Virus record (IMG/VR): IMGVR_UViG_3300049489_000283
Location: 1 to 64,000 of that record
Length of the DNA stretch: 64,000 nucleotides
Source: a virus
Direction: 5' to 3' (one strand)
This document shows, one piece after another, positions 27,901-36,682 of the stretch (positions are counted from its first letter, which is position 1; each line of letters starts with the position of its first letter). The notes beneath the pieces were generated by a model that saw nothing but the letters and a program-made list of their open reading frames with translations, did no database searches and was not told the origin of the DNA. A program made the translations under genes and the position numbers.

Positions 27901-30900
27901 CGACGACTTCGACCCAGACACTGCGGAGTTTGGTGAGCCAAAAGGAAAGCTCGTTGATTTCATGGAGGCGCTGAGAAGCGAAGCGTCCGATCGCGGCTAC
28001 GACGCGGATGACCGGATCGAAGAGTTAATGCAGATTGCGATGGAGAATGAAGGCATGAGGGCAGGGGAGATCCTGTCCAGGGTCAAATCGCTGGACGTGT
28101 TTATGGACTCGCAGCGAGATGACGGGAGGTTTGAAGGTGGCGACATCATGGCAGCGGCGCTGCGGCGCGCTGGATTCGATGGGCTTGTCTACATGGATGC
28201 TTCGGAGCATTTCCCGAATTTCGGAGTGCGCAGCGGGCAGCCGATACCAGAGGGGACGCGGCACTACGTGGTGTGGGACTCCAAGCAGATCAAGTCATCG
28301 GACGAGAATGAAGGGACGTTTGATCCAGAGAATCCGAGCATCAGGAAGGCGCTGCCAGCCAGGAAGAAGAGCAGCGATTGTGGCGCAAATGGTCCAGGTG
28401 GCGGCGGGTTCCAGCCAGGAAATGATTGCGCATCATCGGGTGGTTCTTCCGGCGGTGGCGTGGATCGCGACAAGTTCATCGATTTCATGAAGCATAAGAC
28501 GAGCTACGGTGACGAGCAGGTCGCCGAGGTGGTGAAGAATCCGTCAAAGCAAACCATGAAACGGTTTTATCTTGAGAGCAGCAGCCGGTACGGATCTGAG
28601 CCGCTGCGCGGTTTTGCTGGTCGCAACGGCGACCTGTACGTCTGGAGCGATCCGACGTTTCTTCATGACACCGCTGACTATGAGATCGGCGATATGGTCG
28701 GACCATACAAGAAGGTGCTGCTTTGGATGAACAAAGACGGAGCAGTAACTGGCTACTCGGGAGGGCAGGTTGAGGACGAAGGCGATGGCGACAGCTTGAA
28801 GAAACTGATGGAATCACACGCGGGCTATCAGGCGGTCAAGAAATCGATCAAGGGAAAACGCAAGAGTTCCGACTGCGGAGCCAATGCGCCGGGAGGTGGT
28901 GGATTTCAGACCGGTAACTCGTGCGCGTCGGGAGGTGGTGGAGGCGGCGCTACAGGCGACGGACGCCGAAGGCCAAAATTCGACAACCCGCGAATGAGGG
29001 AAGGTTACAACGAATTGCAGGAGGAGTTCCACAAGATCCCGGCGACCGCTCGCGCCAAGTTCTTCGAGGAGTACAAGAAGGGCGGCAAGGCAAGAGACAA
29101 GGCGATCGAGATCGCCAAGGAGAACGGCTTGGACGCTGAGAAGATCCATGCCTACATGAAGGCCGAAGACGAACTGGCCCGCAACGAGAAGGAGCGGAGA
29201 GCCTACGAGCGATCTGGTCCCGAGTATGCGCCGGACGTTGAGGGCAACAGGTCGAAGAATCCACAGGTCCAGTCGCCTGAGTTCAAGCAGTGGTTTGGCG
29301 ATTCGAAGATCGTCAACGAGGACGGATCGCCACGGGTTCTGTTCCACGGGACTCGCGCGGACTTCAATGAGTTCGAAGTGTCGGATGACGGATTGGTGAA
29401 TGAGACGATGGGTGTCCACGTCGCCAAAGATCCCAAACTGACCGATGCGTTTTCTGTCGGCACCTACGCGGCCAGTTCAGCGTGGAGTGAGGGGGAGGAC
29501 GCGGTCAAGACTCGGAGCAAGGATGGCCACCGAATACCCGACATGATCAAGCCTGGAGGCAATACCAAGCCGGTGTTCGTCAAGATGGAGAAGCCGTACA
29601 TCATGCCGAACTACGGCTCGATGGATCAGCACAACATCCGGATCGATGTCTTCGACAAGGTCTTCCGTGAAGACAAAAACGCTTTCATCCATTTTGCGAC
29701 TTCAACCCGCAACGTGAGTCCCGAAGAAGCCGAGGACGCTTACGAGCGACTCAGTAGGAATGAGCCGATCGAGAACGGAAACCTCTCGGTTCCACAGTCC
29801 TACATCGACGAGTATGGCAGCGGGTTCGCTGGCTTTGCTTCCAACTACAGCCCAGAGTTTGCTCCGGACTACAAGGGAAAAGACTGGAAGAACTGGGCCG
29901 GGAAGCGGTACAAGGAGATCATGGTCTCGCAGGGCTACGACGGGATCATCTACGAGAACACCAGCGGCAATGAGGTGGGCCACGACGGCAAGATCGATCA
30001 CACGTCCTACATCGTGTTCGATCCAAAGAACATCAAGAGCGCCACGGGGAACGAAGGGAAATTCAATCCCGAGTCGGCTGACATTCGCAAGTCGATGAGG
30101 CATCTGCTTTCGCCATCTCATCAGCGATGGCTGCGTGGCCAGATGAAGCGTTTCGTCGCTCAAGTCAAGGCGAGCGAATGTGGAGCCAATGCGCCGGGCG
30201 GGGGAGGATTCCAGCCGGGCAACACTTGCGCTGGCGAGGGCGGCGGCACAGCGACCGATGAGATGCCAGGGTTCATCAACAAGGAGACGCTGAAGAAGAA
30301 CAAGTCGCTGGTCGAGGATCTGTTTGGCCCGGACTTCTATGAGTTCGCGATAAAGCAGAAGGAAGGGACTCCATTCCTCAATGCCTGGGCTGCTTTCACG
30401 CTGAAGGATTCGGTGAAAGACAAGTCACCACGGCGGCGCATGGATGTCACCAAGAGCCCGGCTTTCAAGCGATGGTTTGCCGATTCGAAAGTGGTGAACG
30501 ACGACGGAAAGCCGCTGGTTGTCTACCACGGCAGCGGCAACTTGATTACCGAGTTCAAGACTGATTTGGACCTTGGCCCAGAGCGGGCCAACGCGGCGTT
30601 CTTCAGTAGTTCTCCATCTGTGAGTAGTGGGTACGCAACATACGAGACGACGGAGGAGAAGCTGCTTTCAAAGCAGGTTTCCGATATTTATGCCGATCAG
30701 TACAACGACTGGATGGAACTCGGATACAGCTCTCTCCCTGGTGAAGACGCTCGGGTCCGCATTGCCAACGATCTGCTTGATTCTGGAGAGATCACCAGAG
30801 AGACGTACGACCGCTTGGGTAGCTACGATGATCGGATGTACGACCTTGGACAAACAAAGATCAAGGATGGGACGCCGAACCTGACTCCCGTCTATTTGAG

Positions 30901-32374
30901 TCTCAAGAATCCGATGGTGGTCGATGCGAATGGCATGTCGTGGGATTTTGTTGTTGAACAGACGCTTCAGAGAGTGGATCGTTCTGTCCATGACGGAGTG
31001 ATCTTCAAGAACGTCAATGACAACGCCAATGATTCGAGCGAGTTGGCGACCACCTACGCAGTATTCGATCCTGAAAACATCAAGAGCGCAACGGGTAATT
31101 CTGGTGACTTTGATCGATCATCCAGGGACATCAAGAAGGCCATGCCTCCCATGATTAAATCGATGAACATCTATTCGCACGGTCTTCTGCTGGAGCTACA
31201 GGAGGAGATCGAGAACTTTGTGTTCGACACGGATCGCTCGTGCGGCGGCATGTGTGACCCGGTGGTTCGACACTGCATCGGCCACGTCTGCGATGACCTG
31301 TCAGACATGCTGGACGAGATAAACGACCTGACCGAGTTCGTTTACGGGAACAGCCCGAAGATGAAGTCGGCTGACTGTGGCGCTAACGCGCCAGGCGGCG
31401 GCGGCTTCCAGCCTGGGAATGATTGTGCGTCGGGCGGCGGCGGCGGTCGGTGGCGGCTTCCCACGAGCGACACCGAGCTGGTCAGCCTTGAAGGGGCTCC
31501 CGCTGAGGGCGACCAAGTCTATCTTGGCGAGGAAGAATACCGGGTCATGCGGGTCTACTCGGACGGCAAGATTGGTGTGCTCGGTCGCAAGAACGGTGAC
31601 GCCAAGAAGGTTGAAGCTGGCGACCTGAAGAAGCTGGTTGACAAGAAGAAGGGTTCTGGCTCCAGCAAGGCAGACGAGATCTTCGGGAAGAGCAAGCCGC
31701 CAACGGTCGCGATCGGCAAAGGGTTTGAGTCGGCGCGGGCCGGTGTTTTGACATCGTTGGGGATTCCCAGGAACACGACCAACGAAGAGCTGGCCAAGTT
31801 GTGCGGTTACCGGGACGACACCACCGAGGTGATGGTCTCGCACGAGAGTCGCCCATCCAAGCTGGTGATGTCGTCTTACGGCCCAGGGTACAGGAACATC
31901 CGGCAGCTAACCCGCGACGAGAACGGCGATCTGGTGCTCAAGAACGTGATCTTCACGGTGGACGAGGACTATCAGAAGAAGGGGATCGGCGCTGAAGTGT
32001 TCTCCCGTCAGGTCGAGCAGGCCAGGAAGATGGGGGTCAAGCGGATCGAGACCAACGCGCTGCGGGCCGACGACGAGGATGGGAAGCCCGGAGGGGAGGC
32101 CAATGGGTACGCGACTTGGCCGAAATTTGGCTACGACGCCCATATCAACATGAAGGACATGGCCGGGATCGAGGACACGCTGAAGAAAGGCCTCAAGAAG
32201 AATCCCGAGTACAAGAACGTCACTAAGATTTCCGAGATCATGAAGACGCCGGAGGGTCGTGAGTGGTGGACCAAGTACGGGATCACGTTCGACATGGAGT
32301 TCGATCTGAGTGATAACTCGCACTCCATGAAAATCTTCAATGCCTACATGGAGGCCAAAAGGAAGAAGAAATGA
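24974..32374 (+). CDS. Large polyvalent protein: multiple ADP-ribosyltransferase-fold (ART-PolyVal-like) domains, a C-terminal GNAT and seven CGANAPGGGGFQPGNxCA repeats
   Basis: Four copies of WF(G/A).SK....G.P...(Y/F)H(G/S)..PV(Y/F)L....P..G(Y/F)DG..Y..Y.VFD...IKS..N.G.F. GNAT motif YQKKGIG...NGY.TWPKFGY. Confidence 0.85.
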   Translation: MSGNDCGANAPGGGGFQPGNDCAGGGGSLATSTKTEGGVTFETGKSVTFDFMRNTEKSHKPGKTDQFQQKIEPAGRYLLHDSIKSGKEGKLSAGWESGSVTFKSPLVLRVNTSDDAIYDDNSWKKRLSAHYGGKVGKKLSEAVVKDGYDGIVTVDKYGTSEIVDLTGVSVSGKKKSVGSSCGANAPGGGGFQPGNTCASEGGGGSDGSYTKPHRDARDLPTDDEFEKYLRDNADQWHLRPDGIDDILHRYRRSSVKDKLRTLDASEFPIKENNEKPETEIKGDKKTEKMRLLPSREDVDRISRDGADGTIKPDDTIFVRHQTTSKWEKEFVEHGIDTRSAPPDSRLGRLTNVDGNLVQSRINAPGLYVEPSQDDHNYGVIIQVQAKDIKPSVESKGLGYETGLDGLYQVKDAVIEGRVIAPEEVVGVYKWDSSANKAVWVPNPRNPNSGMLDVQDGRLALKGHEQKKAFSIKKHYPGGQDHDQGNHAGDGGSATASEGKQSEHVRQWAKSRFGSEETAERFASWFGESKVTDQDKNPMVVYHSTSAKDDFSEFKTDGVGAHFGTLGAADARSSHVEKFAKNHLLREPGPARLMPVYLSIENPLEMPDLAGLYKNMKGELVPKDEVDDRLDEFYQEDRDNPRRPQPMAWENEGDFSTYLRDRNIITSNELWDVMYDKDKAVELLKEKGYDGIVYKNAVEDAGSESYIVFDPEQVKSAVGNDGKFDSGSGDIRKSYQKKSSSCGANAPGGGGFQPGNDCASESGGGKSGGGKSSERVRAWAKDRFGDDSKAENFAVWFGESKAVDDDGDPEETVPIEVYHGTTHDFDEFDLSKTNPESDMGGGFYFSSDRGDSQGNYGSDGPDLTQRIELMAEQIEYDIDAENMTAEDLADQFEITVEQAESVLEEAEGDNREAAKLVATAKLDGGNEKVLSVFLKIEKPVFVGDPKWGKGSRRPASGETFFDVEYSEEDAEGRTPDDDDFDPDTAEFGEPKGKLVDFMEALRSEASDRGYDADDRIEELMQIAMENEGMRAGEILSRVKSLDVFMDSQRDDGRFEGGDIMAAALRRAGFDGLVYMDASEHFPNFGVRSGQPIPEGTRHYVVWDSKQIKSSDENEGTFDPENPSIRKALPARKKSSDCGANGPGGGGFQPGNDCASSGGSSGGGVDRDKFIDFMKHKTSYGDEQVAEVVKNPSKQTMKRFYLESSSRYGSEPLRGFAGRNGDLYVWSDPTFLHDTADYEIGDMVGPYKKVLLWMNKDGAVTGYSGGQVEDEGDGDSLKKLMESHAGYQAVKKSIKGKRKSSDCGANAPGGGGFQTGNSCASGGGGGGATGDGRRRPKFDNPRMREGYNELQEEFHKIPATARAKFFEEYKKGGKARDKAIEIAKENGLDAEKIHAYMKAEDELARNEKERRAYERSGPEYAPDVEGNRSKNPQVQSPEFKQWFGDSKIVNEDGSPRVLFHGTRADFNEFEVSDDGLVNETMGVHVAKDPKLTDAFSVGTYAASSAWSEGEDAVKTRSKDGHRIPDMIKPGGNTKPVFVKMEKPYIMPNYGSMDQHNIRIDVFDKVFREDKNAFIHFATSTRNVSPEEAEDAYERLSRNEPIENGNLSVPQSYIDEYGSGFAGFASNYSPEFAPDYKGKDWKNWAGKRYKEIMVSQGYDGIIYENTSGNEVGHDGKIDHTSYIVFDPKNIKSATGNEGKFNPESADIRKSMRHLLSPSHQRWLRGQMKRFVAQVKASECGANAPGGGGFQPGNTCAGEGGGTATDEMPGFINKETLKKNKSLVEDLFGPDFYEFAIKQKEGTPFLNAWAAFTLKDSVKDKSPRRRMDVTKSPAFKRWFADSKVVNDDGKPLVVYHGSGNLITEFKTDLDLGPERANAAFFSSSPSVSSGYATYETTEEKLLSKQVSDIYADQYNDWMELGYSSLPGEDARVRIANDLLDSGEITRETYDRLGSYDDRMYDLGQTKIKDGTPNLTPVYLSLKNPMVVDANGMSWDFVVEQTLQRVDRSVHDGVIFKNVNDNANDSSELATTYAVFDPENIKSATGNSGDFDRSSRDIKKAMPPMIKSMNIYSHGLLLELQEEIENFVFDTDRSCGGMCDPVVRHCIGHVCDDLSDMLDEINDLTEFVYGNSPKMKSADCGANAPGGGGFQPGNDCASGGGGGRWRLPTSDTELVSLEGAPAEGDQVYLGEEEYRVMRVYSDGKIGVLGRKNGDAKKVEAGDLKKLVDKKKGSGSSKADEIFGKSKPPTVAIGKGFESARAGVLTSLGIPRNTTNEELAKLCGYRDDTTEVMVSHESRPSKLVMSSYGPGYRNIRQLTRDENGDLVLKNVIFTVDEDYQKKGIGAEVFSRQVEQARKMGVKRIETNALRADDEDGKPGGEANGYATWPKFGYDAHINMKDMAGIEDTLKKGLKKNPEYKNVTKISEIMKTPEGREWWTKYGITFDMEFDLSDNSHSMKIFNAYMEAKRKKK
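24989..31429 (+). repeat. Seven dispersed in-frame 54-nt repeats encoding CGANAPGGGGFQPGNxCA
   Basis: Copies start at 24989, 25514, 27194, 28379, 28874, 30179 and 31376. The peptide is nearly invariant while codons differ synonymously. Confidence 0.95.
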
Positions 32375-32490
32375 GCCGAGAAGAGACTGACCTGAGCGAT
32401 GAGGACGAAGAAGCCCTGGATGCGGCCTGGGAGTCTGTCTACGGGAGCGAAGCCAAGAAGGAAGACGAGGAGGATCAGGAAGATTCTTGA
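32371..32490 (+). CDS. 39-aa highly acidic peptide (below the ORF-track cutoff)
   Basis: ATGA overlap with the polyvalent gene stop. MSREETDLSDEDEEALDAAWESVYGSEAKKEDEEDQEDS. Confidence 0.6.
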   Translation: MSREETDLSDEDEEALDAAWESVYGSEAKKEDEEDQEDS

Positions 32491-32497
32491 GAATCCA

Positions 32498-32524
32498 GCG
32501 CCCTGGTTGCCCTCCGTCTGAGCC
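32498..32524 (+). promoter_or_regulatory. Conserved bipartite promoter-like motif inside the structural cluster
   Basis: GCGCCCTG-N14-GAGCC, with AACGGGAG before ATG 32572. Confidence 0.75.
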
Positions 32525-32571
32525 TGTTGGAGAGTGAGATCGTTCGCAACACGTCCAACGGGAGAACAGAG

Positions 32572-32931
32572 ATGGCAAAGAAGAGACAGGTAAGCGATGA
32601 GGTCAAGGCACTGGAGGCAAGGGTCGCCGAGCTGGAGAAAGAGCTTGCAGCGCATCGGGTTTATGCCCACGGTTTGCATTGCTTCATCGATGAAATCGTC
32701 AATTCCATGACAGTTCCGACCAAGGCAGCCTGGAGGGTCAATTCGCTTCGGAGAATCAGGCAGTTGCAGGCGATGAAGGGGCGAGATCTGAAGTACATCG
32801 ACGAGCGGATCGCGGAAGCTATTGAGGTGAGGGATAACCCAAATGAAGTCAAGGCGAGGGCCAATGAGGTCCGTGAAGATCTTAGTCGGCGTGCTTCTTT
32901 GCAGGCTGGGGATTCACCGCTGGTCGGATGA
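32572..32931 (+). CDS. Hypothetical coiled-coil protein (moron-like, own promoter motif)
   Basis: ORF downstream of the motif. Confidence 0.65.
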   Translation: MAKKRQVSDEVKALEARVAELEKELAAHRVYAHGLHCFIDEIVNSMTVPTKAAWRVNSLRRIRQLQAMKGRDLKYIDERIAEAIEVRDNPNEVKARANEVREDLSRRASLQAGDSPLVG

Positions 32932-33101
32932 GTACCTCCAGCCGCCGATGACCTACTACCGCCATTGCCATCGCTGCATGAAGAAGTGGATCACGCGGGT
33001 GTCGTGGGGGCACGATCACTTCAATCAGTGATCGGCCCTGGTGGAATCGGCCCAGCGATCAGGTAGCCTGGGGTCCAAACTCCTTCAATCAGGATGGACA
33101 G

Positions 33102-33827
33102 ATGGCCGAGATCGCTGTAGTGGACAACAAGGATGGCACGGGCGCGACGTTCACGATCACCAACGTGGTCGGGACGGCTTCGCTCTACACGGCTGGCTAT
33201 TTCGGCAATGTGGCGACCAACACGTTCGTGAAGCACTTTGACACGGCGTTGGATCGCGTCCAGTCGGTGTCGATCCCGGTCGGCTCCTACGCTGCGGTGG
33301 TCGTGGACGGCGCTGGCCCGGCGGCGCCTGTCGGCTTCCGGGTGACAGATGGAAATCTGGGGTTCCATGAGAAGTGTCTCCGGGAGATCCGGAATCACAT
33401 GATGGGGCTGAACCTCAGTTCGTTCCCTACCGATCCAGGGAAGTACAAGCTCCACAAGCGACCGGCCAACAGCTACCTGGAACTGAAGGATGTTTGCGGA
33501 AGCAATATCCTGGGCGTTCATTTCTGGAAGCGGCCCGAGCAGCGCCCCGTCATCGGGACAAACACTGAATGGGACATCTCCTACGTGATCGAGATGGTCC
33601 TGGTGAAGAGCAACCAGTTGAGCAACCTGTCGGATTCGAACTGGACGCTGGACCGGGAGCGGATCTTACGCAGCTTCGGTATCTGCCCGCTGCCAGCAAT
33701 CCCGGAGATCTTCCTGGTCGAGTTCTACCCAGGTGTTCTTTACAACGACGTGGCGGATGTCGGGGTCGATGCACAGGCGATCCAGTTCTATTGCCGGATG
33801 TACCAGCCAGTGACCTACGGGGTGTGA
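33102..33827 (+). CDS. Probable tail completion/terminator protein
   Basis: Position immediately before the tail tube gene. Confidence 0.45.
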   Translation: MAEIAVVDNKDGTGATFTITNVVGTASLYTAGYFGNVATNTFVKHFDTALDRVQSVSIPVGSYAAVVVDGAGPAAPVGFRVTDGNLGFHEKCLREIRNHMMGLNLSSFPTDPGKYKLHKRPANSYLELKDVCGSNILGVHFWKRPEQRPVIGTNTEWDISYVIEMVLVKSNQLSNLSDSNWTLDRERILRSFGICPLPAIPEIFLVEFYPGVLYNDVADVGVDAQAIQFYCRMYQPVTYGV

Positions 33828-33907
33828 CGGTCGCACTGGAACGTGACCCCTGTTGTCCTTCTGATGCGGTGGCGAAGTAGGCCACTTCTCAGAGAGAGAC
33901 ACAGTCA

Positions 33908-34849
33908 ATGGCATGTATTACCAACGTCCCACGTAGTCACAAGTTCGGCGTCACTGCCTTCGGTGACTTCAACGCCACCAACGGCACCGCCGTCAGCTCG
34001 GTTTTTCGCCAGATCAGCAACGGTCTTTCGACGACCCCCGTGTTCGAACAAGACGAAGGCCACAACGGCACGCCGTTCTACGCTTCCGAAGGTGTGGTGA
34101 AGACATCTGAAGCCGGTTCCGGCAGCGTGGTTCTCCAGCCTCGCGCCGACGAGCTGCGGGTGATCCTTCCGCTGTTGCTCGGTGGCACGTTTGCGGGGAA
34201 CATCATCGAGCCGGACATCAATGGCTACTGCCAATACTTCAAGGCGTCCCGCGACGTGAAGGTGGCGGTGTTCGAGTTCCTGAACTGCAAGACCAGCCAG
34301 TGGACGCTCTCCAGCAGCCGGAGCCAATCAAAGCTACAGCTTGACTGGGGTATTGAGGCTTGCGGCAGCGCACGGCAGGCGGCTGGCACGTTCCCGGTCC
34401 TGAACTTCAGCACGCAGCCTCCGTTTGTTCACACATCGTCCACGTTCACGATCGACGGTCGTGTGGTCCCGGTGGATGATGTCCAGCTTTCCGGCAACAA
34501 CAACTTGACCACCGATTTGTTCTACAACTCGGTGACCAGGACGGCGCTGCCAGCCGGTCGTCAGATGTTTACCTTGACGGCAACCAGCCCATTCGACACC
34601 AGCCTGGACTTGGCTTGGATGGACATTGCTTCGGCCAGCGTGGCTGCTAGCATCGTCTACACGACGGCGTCCGGTACGCTGAGCCTGACGATCAACATCC
34701 CGGCGATGCACCCCGTGATCCCGACGCCTCAGACGCCAGCCGGTGAGCAGCCGGTGAGGTTTGAGCAGATTGTCTGGACAGCGCGATCCAAGGGGACCGG
34801 CGGGTCGTATCAAGCGCCGATTCGGTTTACGATCGACGACATCGTCTAA
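33908..34849 (+). CDS. Major tail tube protein
   Basis: 313 aa, beta-rich, no long acidic or coiled-coil segments. Lies upstream of the chaperone and tape measure genes. Confidence 0.7.
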   Translation: MACITNVPRSHKFGVTAFGDFNATNGTAVSSVFRQISNGLSTTPVFEQDEGHNGTPFYASEGVVKTSEAGSGSVVLQPRADELRVILPLLLGGTFAGNIIEPDINGYCQYFKASRDVKVAVFEFLNCKTSQWTLSSSRSQSKLQLDWGIEACGSARQAAGTFPVLNFSTQPPFVHTSSTFTIDGRVVPVDDVQLSGNNNLTTDLFYNSVTRTALPAGRQMFTLTATSPFDTSLDLAWMDIASASVAASIVYTTASGTLSLTINIPAMHPVIPTPQTPAGEQPVRFEQIVWTARSKGTGGSYQAPIRFTIDDIV

Positions 34850-34883
34850 GCGGTGTTTTTTTGGTTTCTAAAAGGATGACCCT

Positions 34884-35153
34884 GTGTTGAAGATTGATTG
34901 CACGAAAGACGTGTCAAAGAGAGCCGAAGGATTCGATTCGATCGAGAATTTCCGGAGGCTGTTGATGTACTCCAACCGTCCGTTCGATGTGACGATCACA
35001 AAGGACGGAAATGGGCAGTCCGTGATGCAGGTCACGGCATATCCGGCGATCCCGGAGGCCCAGGTAGAGGACCAAGTGGATGAGAACCCGACAGAGGAAT
35101 CAGAGCCAGAACCGGTGACCTCTTCGAGCGCCAAACGAAAGCGAGATCTCTAA
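34884..35153 (+). CDS. Hypothetical protein
   Basis: AAGGA RBS; acidic tail. Confidence 0.5.
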   Translation: MLKIDCTKDVSKRAEGFDSIENFRRLLMYSNRPFDVTITKDGNGQSVMQVTAYPAIPEAQVEDQVDENPTEESEPEPVTSSSAKRKRDL

Positions 35154-35183
35154 CTCTTGATCGCAAGATCAGGGGCTCCCGAT

Positions 35184-35221
35184 CGGCTGGCCGGAGGTTG
35201 CGATTCCGGCCAGCCGTTTTT
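35184..35221 (+). terminator. Intrinsic terminator
   Basis: CGGCTGGCCGGA-loop-TCCGGCCAGCCG-TTTTT. Confidence 0.75.
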
Positions 35222-35234
35222 GTTTGGAGGGGCA

Positions 35235-35777
35235 GTGATTCGAGATACCTACGACCGGTTCGCCATCGTGGACCTGAAGCCGATCCATCTTCCTGACGTG
35301 ATGGAGATCGCAAGGCTGACCTATGGTGTTCAGCAGGAGAAGCGATTCTTCACCGGCAGGATCACCGCGATGAACTCCAAGAGTCTGGTTGCCCAGCAGG
35401 TGCTGACCGGAAGCCTGATGGGGTTCCTGATCTCGCATGTGTCTGGCAAGGACGTTCACATTTCGACGCTAGCGGTTCATCCATCGCACCGTAGGAGAGG
35501 CGTGGGCACGGCGATCTTGCAGCGCCTGATGGTGATGATTCCTGGGCAGGTAACCTGGACTGTGGCGAGAGAGTCGCGGCTGGAGTCGCATCGGTTTCTG
35601 GCTAGTGCTGGATTCCGAGCGGTGGCGGTTTCGCGTAGCCACTTCGATGACACTGGAGAAGACGGCTACCTGATGGTTCATAGTGCAAATGCAGAAGATA
35701 TGAGGTGGATTGATGGCGATCTGGGCCAGCGATTTCGCAAAGATGCTGCGACGGTTAAACGACGAAGCGATAGCTGA
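35235..35777 (+). CDS. RimI-like GNAT acetyltransferase
   Basis: ISTLAVHPSHRRRGVGTAIL...RES.L...RFL...GFRAV.V.R..F.DTGEDGYLM. Confidence 0.8.
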   Translation: MIRDTYDRFAIVDLKPIHLPDVMEIARLTYGVQQEKRFFTGRITAMNSKSLVAQQVLTGSLMGFLISHVSGKDVHISTLAVHPSHRRRGVGTAILQRLMVMIPGQVTWTVARESRLESHRFLASAGFRAVAVSRSHFDDTGEDGYLMVHSANAEDMRWIDGDLGQRFRKDAATVKRRSDS

Positions 35778-36180
35778 CGAGAAGCGTGAAGAGTCGAAGG
35801 AGATCGCGGCGCTTGTTCGCGATCAGGTGATCGAGAACTTCTACTCTGAGAGCGACAGCGATGGAAACTCGTGGCTCCCGAGAAAGGGCAATCCGGCGCA
35901 TCTGCCGCTCCGGCTGTCGTGGCGGATGTTTGCCGCCGGTACCGTGAAGGGGGCTCCGGGATCGATCGAGGAGATCACCAACGAAGAGATCCTGGTGGGG
36001 ATCAACGGGTCCGTGGTGAAGTACGCAGCCGTCCAGCAGTTCGGGACCAGGGACGGTCGAGTCCCGGCGCGGGAGTATTACTACGTGAAGATCGAGGACT
36101 TGGTGAAGCTGGAGCCGCCGATCCACGATGCACTCATGAGAATCCTTGATCATCAGGTCTCGCTGGTCCAAGCGGCTTGA
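35713..36180 (+). CDS. Phage virion morphogenesis protein (Mu gpG/P2 gpS-like)
   Basis: ENF.SE.D.DG.SW.P...YAAVQQFG...VPAREY. Confidence 0.75.
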   Translation: MAIWASDFAKMLRRLNDEAIADEKREESKEIAALVRDQVIENFYSESDSDGNSWLPRKGNPAHLPLRLSWRMFAAGTVKGAPGSIEEITNEEILVGINGSVVKYAAVQQFGTRDGRVPAREYYYVKIEDLVKLEPPIHDALMRILDHQVSLVQAA

Positions 36181-36247
36181 ATATGCCGAAATCCAGGTTT
36201 CAATGGGTTCTTCACTGGATTCGATTCACCGCGATCAAGGAATGATT

Positions 36248-36682
36248 ATGGCCATCTTGGGCTTCATCGACGACGGTCAAACCCTCACCCGATTCATCAA
36301 AGGACGGGCACGTCTCTGGAGCGACTGCCGGATCACGTTTCGCGCGACAGCGCCAAAGGATCATGCAATCGTCGAGCGAAAGGTGAAGGAGCTTTACGAT
36401 CGCGGCAAGCGAGCAGAGGCCGAGGAGATGGTTTACGAGACCATCGCGAAGCGGATTCTCAGGTGGGACTTCCTGGACGACAACGGAGTCCCGATCAACG
36501 GCGCCCCGGCGGTGTCCGCCGATGCGATCAAACGCACGGTGACCGGGCTACAGGATCGATTCATCGCGATCGTGTACAGCGGTGTCGATGGCGGTGATCC
36601 AGATCCAGCCGACGAGGAGCAATCGACTGAATCGGCCCGGACGCACATGGAGGAGACGGAAAAAAACTCAATGCAGCCTTGA
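36248..36682 (+). CDS. Tail assembly chaperone (lambda gpG analog)
   Basis: Two genes upstream of the tape measure. Ends near a slippery site; ILRWD motif. Confidence 0.75.
   Translation: MAILGFIDDGQTLTRFIKGRARLWSDCRITFRATAPKDHAIVERKVKELYDRGKRAEAEEMVYETIAKRILRWDFLDDNGVPINGAPAVSADAIKRTVTGLQDRFIAIVYSGVDGGDPDPADEEQSTESARTHMEETEKNSMQP
36661..36667 (+). other. Programmed -1 frameshift slippery heptamer A AAA AAC
   Basis: In frame GAA AAA AAC. The -1 frame is open into 36679-37101. Confidence 0.8.

Noticed and set aside
24989-31429. CRISPR array or DGR template/variable repeats
   Set aside because: The repeats are in-frame, 0.5-1.7 kb apart and vary at synonymous positions, not specifically at adenines. 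No cas or reverse transcriptase gene is seen.
24974-32374. Inteins as an explanation for the Cys-containing repeats
   Set aside because: No HINT blocks, no HN-C/S/T junctions and no LAGLIDADG motifs.
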